The notes under the pieces were generated by a model. The model ran no database searches. It was not told the DNA's origin and saw only the letters and a list, made by a program, of their open reading frames with translations. The position numbers and the translations under genes are program-made. Shown piece by piece: positions 48,470 through 57,457 of a stretch of 64,000 bases of DNA (the first letter of the stretch is position 1; every line of letters begins with the position of its first letter). Source of the DNA: Acidimicrobiales bacterium (lineage in GTDB: Bacteria; Actinomycetota; Acidimicrobiia; Acidimicrobiales; Microtrichaceae); contig JAXLRH010000002.1 of assembly GCA_046331245.1 (NCBI GenBank), positions 402,587 through 466,586 on the forward strand, written 5' to 3'.

Positions 48470-48853
48470 ATGCCCTCCCTCGGATCGCCCCGCTACGTCC
48501 TGTTCACCAACTTCCGGAGGAACGGGACGCGGGTGTCGACGCCGGTGTGGTTCGCGCCGCACGGTGACACGTGGGTGTTCTCGACCGCGCCGGATGCCGG
48601 CAAGGTGAAGCGGCTCCGCAACAACCCGGCGGCCGAGATCGCCGCCAGCGACGTCCGGGGTCGCGTGAAGGAGGGCTCCCCCACCTTCACCGGCACGGCA
48701 CGACTGCTCGACGCCACCGAGACCGCTGCGGCCGAGCGCGCGCTGGCCGCGAAGTACGGACTCCAGTGGAAGGCGCTGCGCCTCAGCGAGCGGGTGCGCA
48801 ACCTCGTCGGCATCAAGGCCGACGCCGCCTACATCTCGGTCACGCTGGACTGA
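48470..48853 (+). CDS. PPOX-class (pyridoxamine-5'-phosphate-oxidase fold) probable F420-dependent enzyme
   Basis: 127-aa split-barrel PPOX pattern (YVLFTNFRRNGTRVSTPVWF...). Confidence 0.7.
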   Translation: MPSLGSPRYVLFTNFRRNGTRVSTPVWFAPHGDTWVFSTAPDAGKVKRLRNNPAAEIAASDVRGRVKEGSPTFTGTARLLDATETAAAERALAAKYGLQWKALRLSERVRNLVGIKADAAYISVTLD

Positions 48854-48857
48854 GCGC

Positions 48858-48881
48858 GAGGCTCAGCCGACGCTCCCCTCC
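48858..48881. repeat. tandem duplicate of the sufB 3' terminus (encodes -EGSVG-stop again)
   Basis: GAGGCTCAGCCGACGCTCCCCTCC matches CAGGCTCAGCCCACGCTGCCTTCC at the true sufB end about 58 nt away, about 20/23 identical. Confidence 0.45.
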
Positions 48882-48920
48882 ACCCGCCCACGCCACCCCA
48901 CACGGAGTGGCTTCGCAGGC

Positions 48921-50318
48921 TCAGCCCACGCTGCCTTCCATCTGAAGCTCGATCAACCGGCTCCACTCCACCGCGTACTCCATGGGGAGTGTGCGGGTGA
49001 TCGGCTCGATGAAGCCGTTCACCACCATCGACATGGCCTGCTCCTCGGAGAGGCCACGGCTCTGCAGGTAGAACAGCTGCTCGTCGGCCACCTTGGAGAC
49101 GGTGGCCTCGTGGCCGATCACCGCGTCCTTCGAGCCCACCTCCATGTAGGGGTAGGTGTCCGAGATCGACTCGTCGTCGAGGATCAGGGCGTCGCACTGC
49201 ACGTGTGAGCGGCAGCCGTACGCACCGTCCTCGATGTGGACGAGGCCGCGGTACGACGTGCGGCCGCCGTCCTTGCTGATCGACTTCGACACGACCTTCG
49301 ACGTCGTCTCGGGCGCGGCGTGCACCATCTTGGCGCCCGTGTCCTGGTGCTGGCCGGGGCCGGCGTAGGCGACGGAGAGCACCTCGCCCGAGGCCTTCGG
49401 TCCGACGAGCGTGCAGCCCGGGTATTTCATCGTGAGGCGGCTGCCGATGTTGCCGTCGATCCACTCCATGTGGCCCTCGGCCTCCACCCGCGCACGCTTG
49501 GTGACGAGGTTGAACACGTTGCTCGACCAGTTCTGGATGGTCGTGTACGTGACACGCGCCGACGGCTTCACCACGATCTCGACCACGGCCGAGTGCAGCG
49601 AGTCCGACGTGTACACCGGGGCGGAGCACCCTTCGATGTAGTGCACCTCGGAGCCCTCGTCAGCGATGATGAGCGTCCGCTCGAACTGGCCCATGTTCTC
49701 CTGGTTGATCCGGAAGTAGGCCTGCAACGGCATCGGCACCTTCACGCCCGGCGGGACGTAGATGAACGAGCCGCCCGACCACACGGCCGTGTTGAGCGAG
49801 CTGAACTTGTTGTCGTTGAGCGGGATGACCGTGCCGAAGTACTGCTTCACGAGCTCGGGGTACTCGCGGAGCGCCGTGTCCATGTCGCAGAAGATGATGC
49901 CGAGCTCGGCGAGGTCCTCGCGGTTGCGGTGGAACACCACCTCGCTCTCGAACTGCGCGGTCACGCCGGCGAGGTACTTCCGCTCCGCCTCCGGGATGCC
50001 GAGCTTCTCGTAGGTCGACTTGATGGCGTCGGGCAGGTCGTCCCAGCTGTCGACCTGATGATCGGTGGGCTTGATGTAGTAGTAGATGTCGTCGAAGTAG
50101 ATCTCCGACATGTCGCCGCCCCAGCGCGGCATCGGCCGCTTCTCGAAGGCGGTGAGCGACTTGAGGCGACGCTTCAGCATCCACTCGGGCTCGTTCTTCA
50201 TCTGCGACATCTCGCGGACCAACGCCTCGTCAAGGCCCTTCTTGGGCTTGAAGACGTAGTCGACGTCGTCGTTCCAGCCGAGCTGGTACTTGCTGAGGTC
50301 GAGATCGATGCTGGTCAT
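48921..50318 (-). CDS. sufB: Fe-S cluster assembly protein SufB
   Basis: Inner start [15 protein letters not shown]. The remainder is colinear with SufB. The ORF-table N-terminal 47 codons lie in the leader/repeat region. Confidence 0.92.
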   Translation of the reverse strand: MTSIDLDLSKYQLGWNDDVDYVFKPKKGLDEALVREMSQMKNEPEWMLKRRLKSLTAFEKRPMPRWGGDMSEIYFDDIYYYIKPTDHQVDSWDDLPDAIKSTYEKLGIPEAERKYLAGVTAQFESEVVFHRNREDLAELGIIFCDMDTALREYPELVKQYFGTVIPLNDNKFSSLNTAVWSGGSFIYVPPGVKVPMPLQAYFRINQENMGQFERTLIIADEGSEVHYIEGCSAPVYTSDSLHSAVVEIVVKPSARVTYTTIQNWSSNVFNLVTKRARVEAEGHMEWIDGNIGSRLTMKYPGCTLVGPKASGEVLSVAYAGPGQHQDTGAKMVHAAPETTSKVVSKSISKDGGRTSYRGLVHIEDGAYGCRSHVQCDALILDDESISDTYPYMEVGSKDAVIGHEATVSKVADEQLFYLQSRGLSEEQAMSMVVNGFIEPITRTLPMEYAVEWSRLIELQMEGSVG

Positions 50319-50434
50319 GGCACTCCAATCGGGGGGAGAGCCGACGCCTCGCCGGGGCCGGGAATATCTCCTACGTGCATAGTAACAACCCCAACCCGCG
50401 CACGACCACCGGTGTTCCCGCCCACCTCTCTCGC

Positions 50435-50486
50435 GGTTTTTGGGGTTCGTTGTGTTCACCCCTCGCGCACAACGAACCCCAAAACC
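50435..50486. repeat. palindromic element copy B (inverted relative to A): GGTTTTTGGGGTTCGTTGTG-ttcacccctcgcg-CACAACGAACCCCAAAACC
   Basis: 19/20-bp arms. Its reverse complement is about 90% identical to copy A including the spacer. It lies in the sufB leader, about 115 nt upstream of the sufB ATG, just after the upstream gene stop. Confidence 0.7.
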
Positions 50487-50521
50487 CGAGGAGGAGGAGT
50501 GAGGAGTGAGGACGAGGAGTG
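50487..50521. repeat. purine-rich heptad tract (GAGGAGT-like x5)
   Basis: GAGGAGGAGGAGTGAGGAGTGAGGACGAGGAGTG between palindrome B and the stop of the gamma-carbonic-anhydrase-like gene. Confidence 0.5.
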
Positions 50522-51040
50522 TCAGTCGACGCGTCGGAGCTCGAGCTTGTAGCGGGCGGCGCGATCGACGTAGCTCTGCACGCCGAGGTCGAACCAGCCG
50601 GGCGTCACGGCGTTCTCGCGGATGGTGATCGGCACGCCGAGCGCCATGGCGAGGGGCGGGATCACCTTGCGGTTGGGCACCATCGCGTTGGCGCCGATGA
50701 CCGCCTCGGCGCCCACCACCACCTCGTGCAGCACCACCGAGCCCGAGCCGACGAGCGCCTTGTCCTCGATCGTGCAGCCCTCGAGGTGGACGTTGTGGCC
50801 CACCGTCACCTCGTTGCCGATGCGGGTGGGATGGAAGAACGTGGTGTGCACGATCGTGCCGTCCTGCACCGACGACCGCTCGCCGACGTAGATGAAGCCG
50901 TCGTCGCCGCGGAGCACCGCCGTGGGCCAGATCGACGAGTGGGCGCCGATCACGACGGAGCCGATGATCACCGCGTCGGGGTGCACGTAGGCGTCGGGAT
51001 GGATGTCGGGAACCTGGTCACCCAGGGCGTAGATCGGCAC
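50522..51040 (-). CDS. gamma-carbonic-anhydrase/hexapeptide-repeat family protein (PaaY/CaiE-like)
   Basis: Left-handed beta-helix hexapeptide repeats, 172 aa. Confidence 0.85.
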   Translation of the reverse strand: MPIYALGDQVPDIHPDAYVHPDAVIIGSVVIGAHSSIWPTAVLRGDDGFIYVGERSSVQDGTIVHTTFFHPTRIGNEVTVGHNVHLEGCTIEDKALVGSGSVVLHEVVVGAEAVIGANAMVPNRKVIPPLAMALGVPITIRENAVTPGWFDLGVQSYVDRAARYKLELRRVD

Positions 51041-51047
51041 GGTGGCG

Positions 51048-51551
51048 TCAGTCGACCGGGCCGAGCTTGCCGTAGCTGCCCTTGAAGAACAGCAGCGGTC
51101 CGTGCTCCGAGTTGTCGACGCCGAGGCCCCGCACCCGCCCGATCACGATGTCGTGGTCACCGCCGTCGTAGACGTGCTCGAGCGTGCAGTCGATGTGGGC
51201 GATGCAACCGTCGAGCTTGGGGCCGCCGGTGGCGACGGCCGGCGTCCAGTCGAGGCCCTCGAACTTGTCGTCCATCTTCGAGGAGAACTGCCCCGACACC
51301 GGCACCTGCGCGTCGGACAGTACGTTCACCACGAAGTGACCGGCGCCCTTGATGAGCGCCCACGAGCTCGACTGCTTGCCGACGCAGAACCCGACGAGGG
51401 GCGGGTCGAGCGACACCGAGAAGAACGAGCCCACTGCGAGGCCGGCCGGCTTGCCATCGGTGACCGCGGCGACGACGGTGACGCCCGTCGGGAAGTGGCC
51501 GAGCACCTTGCGGAACTCGGCGGAGTCGATGGCGATGGCTTCGTCGGACAC
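51048..51551 (-). CDS. flavin reductase (NAD(P)H:flavin oxidoreductase, HpaC-like)
   Basis: FRKVLGHFPTGVTVV...split-barrel flavin reductase domain. Confidence 0.85.
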   Translation of the reverse strand: MSDEAIAIDSAEFRKVLGHFPTGVTVVAAVTDGKPAGLAVGSFFSVSLDPPLVGFCVGKQSSSWALIKGAGHFVVNVLSDAQVPVSGQFSSKMDDKFEGLDWTPAVATGGPKLDGCIAHIDCTLEHVYDGGDHDIVIGRVRGLGVDNSEHGPLLFFKGSYGKLGPVD

Positions 51552-51587
51552 GGGTCCCCCTGGTCGGTGCTGGATGACGTGCGGAGG

Positions 51588-52064
51588 CTACTGCTCCGCC
51601 GGCCGGGCCTTCGCCGCCAGCTCGGCGCGACGCGCCTCCCAGCCGGCGATCATCGTGCCGAACGCGGCGGGGTTGTAGATGTCCTCCTCGTAGGAGAACT
51701 GGTGCTGGCCCGCGTACTTCAGGAGCGTGAAGTTGTACTCCTGGTGGATCGAGCCGTCGCCCGGATCGCTCATGCGGTTCCACACCTGGCAGATGATCCA
51801 GCCGCGGTCCTCGTCGATGATGTGCCACTCGATCGGGAAGTGCGGCATCTCGTTGCCGGGGTAGGTGTTCGCACACACCTCGGTGATCCAGCGCAGCACC
51901 GCGGCGCGGCCGCCGATCTCGCCGTACATGTGCTCCTTGTAGGTGCAGTCCTCGGTGAAGCAGTTCGCCCACTCGGTCCAGTCGCCGGTGGTGCCACCCT
52001 TCAGCGCGGCGGCCTTGTAGGCGTCGAACGCGTTCTCCAGCTCGTCGCGACTCCAGCGTCCCAT
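51588..52064 (-). CDS. NTF2-like/SnoaL-like protein
   Basis: 158 aa, SnoaL-type pattern, Trp/Tyr-rich. Confidence 0.75.
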   Translation of the reverse strand: MGRWSRDELENAFDAYKAAALKGGTTGDWTEWANCFTEDCTYKEHMYGEIGGRAAVLRWITEVCANTYPGNEMPHFPIEWHIIDEDRGWIICQVWNRMSDPGDGSIHQEYNFTLLKYAGQHQFSYEEDIYNPAAFGTMIAGWEARRAELAAKARPAEQ

Positions 52065-52110
52065 GTGATCCCCCCGATGATGTCGACCGCGGTCGCCGTC
52101 GATCCGGCCG

Positions 52111-53052
52111 TCAGCATGACAGATCGAGCTCGAGCCCCTCGGCCGCGGCGATCACCGACGGACCACGGCGCAGCGCCGACATCGCGGCGGCGTGCTCGCA
52201 CAGCGAGTCGACCGTGTCGTCGTCGTGGGACGGGTCGTGGTGGTACAGCGCCAGCTGCTTGACGCCGGCCTGCGCCGCCACCTCGATCGCGTACTCGGTG
52301 GTGCAGTGGCCCCAGTCGAACCGCTCGGCGAACTCGGGCGCGGTGTACTGCGCGTCGTGGATCAGGAGGTCGACGCCGTCGCACAGCTCCAGCACCGAAT
52401 CGGCCACGACCGTCGACTGGCAGCCGGGCTGCTGGTGGTCGCTCACGTACGCCAGCGACGCACCGCCGACGTCGATGCGGAAGCCGAGCGTGGGTCCGAC
52501 GTGGGGCACGTCGCGTGACGTCACGATCGCCGGGCCGAGCTCGATCGGGTCGCCCGTCGCCTCCTCGAACGTGGTGGTGCCGGCCAGCTGCTCGAGCGTC
52601 ACCGGGAAGTACGGCGGGCACAGGAACTGGTGGAACGCCTCCTCGAGCGTGCGATCCTCCTGCGGCGGGCCGATGATGTGCATCGACGACTCGGCTCGGT
52701 GCAGCGGGGGGAAGAACGGCAGGCCCTGCACGTGGTCCCAGTGGAGGTGGCTCACGAGCGCCGTGGCGCGGAACGGACGGGAGCCGCCGGCGGCGCACAC
52801 GTCGGTGCCCCAGAAGCGGAGGCCGGTGCCCAGATCGAGGACGATCGGATCGAACCCGTCGCCGGTGACGACGACGCAGGCGGTGTTCCCACCGATGCGC
52901 TGGTTCGACTCACACGAGCATGGCGTCGAACCGCGAACCCCGTAGAACTTGACCCTCAGCGCACCAGCCCCTTTGTGCTGACTTCCCCCGTGACAGTTGG
53001 TGACCTTACGACGTTCATCTCGTGTCGAGATAGCCGTTGTGACCGATTTCAT
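52111..53052 (-). CDS. MBL-fold metallo-hydrolase
   Basis: HLHWDH motif. The N-terminal about 33 codons are unusually AT-rich and the start is uncertain. Confidence 0.7.
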   Translation of the reverse strand: MKSVTTAISTRDERRKVTNCHGGSQHKGAGALRVKFYGVRGSTPCSCESNQRIGGNTACVVVTGDGFDPIVLDLGTGLRFWGTDVCAAGGSRPFRATALVSHLHWDHVQGLPFFPPLHRAESSMHIIGPPQEDRTLEEAFHQFLCPPYFPVTLEQLAGTTTFEEATGDPIELGPAIVTSRDVPHVGPTLGFRIDVGGASLAYVSDHQQPGCQSTVVADSVLELCDGVDLLIHDAQYTAPEFAERFDWGHCTTEYAIEVAAQAGVKQLALYHHDPSHDDDTVDSLCEHAAAMSALRRGPSVIAAAEGLELDLSC

Positions 53053-53139
53053 TGTCGTTCAACCACGGACTACCCGCCACGACCTCCGGCGAGACGGTCG
53101 GGGGTTCGTTGTCGGTGGTCACCACTAGTGTCTGCACCC

Positions 53140-54576
53140 ATGGCCCGCCGCAAGCAGACGAGCACGTCCGAGTTCGGCGTCGGCAAACGCGAGAGCCACG
53201 ACTCCTCCGCGTTCTACGAGCGCTTCGAGGCGTCGAACCTCCGGAGCGTCAAGGACTTCGTCCCCGACCCGTCCTTCCCCAGCGCGATCTACTGCGGCGA
53301 CTCCACCGACATGTCCGCCGTGCCCGACGACAGCGTCGCCCTGGTCGTCACGTCACCCCCCTACTTCGCGGGCAAGAAGTACGAGATCGAGTTCGAGCGC
53401 GAGGGCGTGCCCGCCTCCTACCTCGAGTACCTCGAGATGCTGCACGACGTCTTCGCCGAGTGCGTCCGCGTGCTCGAACCGGGCGGCCGCATCGCCGTCA
53501 ACGTCGCCAACCTCGGTCGCAAGCCGTATCGCAGCCTCTCCGCCGACGTCATCCACATCCTGCAGGACCGCCTCGGCCTCTTCCTCCGCGGCGAGATCAT
53601 CTGGCAGAAGGGCGAGGGCGCCAACGGCTCCTGCGCGTGGGGGTCGTTCCGCAACGCGTCCAACCCGGTGCTGCGCGACATCACCGAGCGCGTCGTCGTG
53701 GCCAGCAAGGGCCAGCTCGAACGGGCGCTCGAACGCAAGAAGCGCGAGGCCGCCGGCCTGCCGCATGCGACCGACGTGCTCACCGAGGACTTCATGGCGT
53801 CCACGCTCGACGTCTGGAACATTCCGCCCGAGAGCGCGAAGCGGGTCAACCACCCCGCTCCGTTCCCCGTCGAACTGCCCCAACAGCTCATCGAGCTCTA
53901 CACCTATCGCGACGACCTGGTGCTCGACCCGTTCCTCGGCAGCGGCTCGTCCGTGGTCGCCGCGATCCGCAGCGGCCGGCGCTACGTCGGCTACGACCTC
54001 GACCCCGCGTACGTCGAGATCGCCGCCGGGCGCATCGCCGAGGAGACGGCCGCGCTCGCCGAACCGGCGCCTGCCGACGACTTCGGCGCCCGGGTCCGCG
54101 ACGACGGCAAGGCCGCGCAGAAGCTGGCCCTCGAACAGCTCGAGGCCGCCGGCTTCCGCAACATCGCCGCCGACCGCCGCCTCGGCCGCACCGGCGTCGT
54201 CGTCAACTACGTCGCCGAGGACGCCACCGGTGGCGAGTGGTACGTCGACGTCGCCGGGTCGTTCACCAAGCACCGCGGCGGTCTCCTCCGCACCGACGTC
54301 GTGTGGCGCACGCTCGGTCGGGCCGCCGCGCTCAAGCGATTCCGCGGCCAGGGGCGCACCGAGACTCCCCTGCTGGTCCTCACGTCGCACCTCCCACGTC
54401 GGTCGAGCGAGGGTGACCGCGCGATGCGCGCCGCCGGTCCCGACCTGTTGTTCGACGTCGTCGACATGCTCTCGGCCGACTCCGTCGACCGCCTCCGGTC
54501 GTACTGCTCCGCCGGCGCCGGGCAAGGGCCGCAGCCGGGGTTCTGGAGCGCCGCCGAGCTCGACGCCACCGACTGA
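53140..54576 (+). CDS. DNA methyltransferase, beta-class N4-cytosine/N6-adenine (SPPY type) with about 175-aa extra C-terminal domain
   Basis: Motif IV TSPPYFAGKKY precedes motif I LDPFLGSGSS (beta permutation). The core ends near ...YVGYDLDPAYVEIAAGRI. The C-terminal part (...EWYVDVAGSFTKHRGGLLRTDVVW...) is unassigned. Confidence 0.85.
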   Translation: MARRKQTSTSEFGVGKRESHDSSAFYERFEASNLRSVKDFVPDPSFPSAIYCGDSTDMSAVPDDSVALVVTSPPYFAGKKYEIEFEREGVPASYLEYLEMLHDVFAECVRVLEPGGRIAVNVANLGRKPYRSLSADVIHILQDRLGLFLRGEIIWQKGEGANGSCAWGSFRNASNPVLRDITERVVVASKGQLERALERKKREAAGLPHATDVLTEDFMASTLDVWNIPPESAKRVNHPAPFPVELPQQLIELYTYRDDLVLDPFLGSGSSVVAAIRSGRRYVGYDLDPAYVEIAAGRIAEETAALAEPAPADDFGARVRDDGKAAQKLALEQLEAAGFRNIAADRRLGRTGVVVNYVAEDATGGEWYVDVAGSFTKHRGGLLRTDVVWRTLGRAAALKRFRGQGRTETPLLVLTSHLPRRSSEGDRAMRAAGPDLLFDVVDMLSADSVDRLRSYCSAGAGQGPQPGFWSAAELDATD

Positions 54577-54890
54577 TGGCCCGCCGCGTCGCCTGCGCCG
54601 TGCTGCGGGACGAGTCGCCGATCGTGTTCGTCGCCGAGGACGAAGCGACCCTCAACTGGCTGCTCGCACTACGCCTGATCGCCCAGACCCCGGGGCACCG
54701 CCTCAGCGAGGGATTCCGCGACGAGCTCCGCGCCGCGCTGCGCGAGGAGCGCTGGGGCGACGCCGTGTCCATGTGGGTCATCCACGAGGACGCCGAGCTC
54801 GACGTCGACCCCTCCCTCACGTTCTTCGAGACGAGCGACGCCGAGCTGGCGGCGGACGAGCTGCAGTTCACGCCGCTGTTCCGCGACTGA
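54576..54890 (+). CDS. small hypothetical protein coupled to the methyltransferase
   Basis: 104 aa. The ATG shares one base with the MTase TGA. No recognisable domain. Confidence 0.45.
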   Translation: MARRVACAVLRDESPIVFVAEDEATLNWLLALRLIAQTPGHRLSEGFRDELRAALREERWGDAVSMWVIHEDAELDVDPSLTFFETSDAELAADELQFTPLFRD

Positions 54891-54931
54891 CGCGGCGTCG
54901 CGCCCTGCGCTCCTCTTCTAAGGTCCGGGCC

Positions 54932-55810
54932 ATGACTACCTGGACCGAGGGACGCGTCACCGCGAACGACATCGACTTCGCCTACTTCGAGCAGGGGTCG
55001 GGGCCCCTGGCCCTGTGCATGCACGGCTACCCCGACACGGCGCACACGTGGCGCTACCTGCTCCCCGAGCTGGCGGCCGCCGGCTACCGCGCCGTCGCCC
55101 CGTTCAACCGCGGCTACGCGCCCACCTCGCTCGCCGCCGACGGCGTGTACCAGTCGGGCGTGCTCGGCGTCGACGCCAACGCGCTGCACGAGGCACTCGG
55201 CGCCGACGGTGATGCCGTGATCATCGGCCACGACTACGGAGCGATGGGCGCGTACGCCGCGTCGACCCTCGCGCCCGACCGCTGGCGTCGCGTCGTCGCT
55301 GCAGCGGTGCCGCCCGGCCCGATCGTGGGCCAGAGCATCTTCACCTACGAGCAGCTGAAGTTGAGCTGGTACATCTTCTTCCAGCTCACGCCGTTCGCCG
55401 ACGTCGCCGTGTCGATGAACGACTACGAGTTCATCACCAAGCTGTGGCGCGACTGGTCACCGGGGTACGACGAGGCCATCGACGTCGACCACTTCATCGC
55501 CGCGATGGCGTCTCCCGAGCACCTGAGCGCGGCGCTCGGCTACTACCGACAGACGCTGCAGTTCGAGCTCCAGAAGCCGGAGCTGACGGACGCCCAGATG
55601 GGCACGTTGTCGATCCCCACCATGCCGCTCCTCTACCTCCACGGCCGCAACGACGGCTGCATGGCGCCGTGGGCCGCCGAGGGCGCCGGCTCGGTGCTGA
55701 CGGTGCCGGGCAGCCGCGCCGAGATGGTGGCCGACGCCGGGCACTTCCTCCACCTCGAGCAGCCGGAGGTCGTGAACCGGCTGATCCTCGACTTCCTCGC
55801 GGAGGCCTGA
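54932..55810 (+). CDS. alpha/beta hydrolase (epoxide-hydrolase/haloalkane-dehalogenase-like)
   Basis: HGYPDTAHTW, nucleophile IIGHDYGAMGA, C-terminal His region. Confidence 0.8.
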   Translation: MTTWTEGRVTANDIDFAYFEQGSGPLALCMHGYPDTAHTWRYLLPELAAAGYRAVAPFNRGYAPTSLAADGVYQSGVLGVDANALHEALGADGDAVIIGHDYGAMGAYAASTLAPDRWRRVVAAAVPPGPIVGQSIFTYEQLKLSWYIFFQLTPFADVAVSMNDYEFITKLWRDWSPGYDEAIDVDHFIAAMASPEHLSAALGYYRQTLQFELQKPELTDAQMGTLSIPTMPLLYLHGRNDGCMAPWAAEGAGSVLTVPGSRAEMVADAGHFLHLEQPEVVNRLILDFLAEA

Positions 55811-55813
55811 GGC

Positions 55814-56692
55814 TCACCCCACCGACGCGAAGCCGTGGTCGGTCTCGCGCAGCAGGCCGTCGTCGACCAGCGAGTGGGCCACGCGCAGGGCGCGTGACGC
55901 GTCGCCGGTCCAGCCCAGCAGCGGTGCGAGATCGGCGAGCGCGAGCGGCCTGTCGGCGACGGCGCGGAGCACGCGTCCGCGCGCCTGGCGGTCCGAACCC
56001 TCGAAGGGACCCTGTCGCGTGCTCACGCCGGCCGAGCCCACGGCCGGGTCCGGCTCCGGCCATCCCTCGAGGGCCCACGCGCAGGTCGCGGCCAGCGGGC
56101 AGTCGTCGCAGGCGGGAGTCGGTCGGCAGAGCAACGCACCGAGATCCATCAGCGACTGGTTGTGCGCCCACCCCGTTCCCGGGGCGACGAGATCGTCGGC
56201 GAGCTGCTGCGCCTGACGCGTCGTGAGCGAGCCGCCGCTGCGGCGGGCCAGGACGCGGGCGATGTTGGTGTCGACCACGCCGACGTCGTGCTCGAACGCG
56301 AACGCGAGCACGGCGCGCGCCGTGTACGGACCGATGCCCGGCAGGTCCATGAGCGAGCGGAGGTCGGCCGGCAGCGCTCCTCCGTGCCGTTCGGTCACAA
56401 CCCGGGCCGTGTCGTGCAGCGCCTTGCACCGGCGCGGATACCCGAGCCCGCTCCACACCGCCAGCAGTTCGGCGAGCGGTGCGCCCGCAGCGGCCGCCGG
56501 CGTGGGCCACCGGTCGAGGAACTCCTCCCACTTGGGCACGACGCGGGCCGCCTGCGTCTGTTGCAGCATCACCTCGCTGACCAGCACGGCCCATGGGTCG
56601 CGGGTGTGGCGCCACGGCAGGTCGCGGCGCACCCGCTCACCCCATGCCAGGAGTCCGTCGGTGTCAGTCGCTTCGACGGGTGGCGTGGACAT
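55814..56692 (-). CDS. mutY: A/G-specific adenine glycosylase (short MutY)
   Basis: HhH-GPD with a 4Fe-4S Cys cluster CRPTPACDDCPLAATC. Confidence 0.85.
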   Translation of the reverse strand: MSTPPVEATDTDGLLAWGERVRRDLPWRHTRDPWAVLVSEVMLQQTQAARVVPKWEEFLDRWPTPAAAAGAPLAELLAVWSGLGYPRRCKALHDTARVVTERHGGALPADLRSLMDLPGIGPYTARAVLAFAFEHDVGVVDTNIARVLARRSGGSLTTRQAQQLADDLVAPGTGWAHNQSLMDLGALLCRPTPACDDCPLAATCAWALEGWPEPDPAVGSAGVSTRQGPFEGSDRQARGRVLRAVADRPLALADLAPLLGWTGDASRALRVAHSLVDDGLLRETDHGFASVG

Positions 56693-57452
56693 GCGTGCGA
56701 TACGGGAACGGGAACGACTCGAGCCCGGCGAGGTCGGGGTGCGTCGCGACGAGCTCCCGCACCGCGTCGAGCACCGTCGCCTGGTGGTCGGGGTCGAGCG
56801 ACGCCACGTAGCTCATCGACCGCGCCCGCTCGACCAGCCCGGCCGGCGTGCCGGTCTGCGGATTGTCGTAGACGTGCGACTCCACCGGCGTGAAGCCGCC
56901 GGCGTCGGCGACCACCGCCGACCAGTCCGTGTCCTGGTGCCGGTGGTACGGCCGCACGCCCTCGCCCAGCGCGAGCGAGTCGACCACGTGCGTCCACTCG
57001 CGTATCCACGTCTCGGAGTGGTCCCGCTCGTTCCAGATCATGAACAGCCGCCCGCCCGGTCGCAGCACGCGGTGGATCTCGGCGAGCGCCGCCGGCGCGT
57101 CGAACCAGTGGAACGCCTGCGCCACCGTGACGACGTCGAACGACGCGTCGCCGAACGGGAGCGCCTCGGCGGTGCCGTCGACCACGTGACCGGCGGGCGT
57201 GTCGAGGTGGAACTGCCGGCGCATGCCGGCCACCGGCTCGACAGCCGTCACGTCGAGGCCGGCGGCCATCAGCTGCCGGGTGAAGATGCCGGTGCCCGCC
57301 GCGACGTCGCACACCACGCCGCCCGCAGGCGTCGCTGCGTGCACGAGGTCGATCGCGGCCGGTGCGTACGTCGGACGAACGCCTGCGTACGACGCCGCCT
57401 CACGATCGAAGCCGACGGCGGCAGCCTCCGGCACCCGATCGTCGGCGACCAT
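56664..57452 (-). CDS. class I SAM-dependent methyltransferase
   Basis: VVCDVAAGTGIFT motif I. Overlaps the mutY start by 29 nt. Confidence 0.8.
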   Translation of the reverse strand: MVADDRVPEAAAVGFDREAASYAGVRPTYAPAAIDLVHAATPAGGVVCDVAAGTGIFTRQLMAAGLDVTAVEPVAGMRRQFHLDTPAGHVVDGTAEALPFGDASFDVVTVAQAFHWFDAPAALAEIHRVLRPGGRLFMIWNERDHSETWIREWTHVVDSLALGEGVRPYHRHQDTDWSAVVADAGGFTPVESHVYDNPQTGTPAGLVERARSMSYVASLDPDHQATVLDAVRELVATHPDLAGLESFPFPYRTHVHATRRSD

Positions 57453-57457
57453 CGCGT

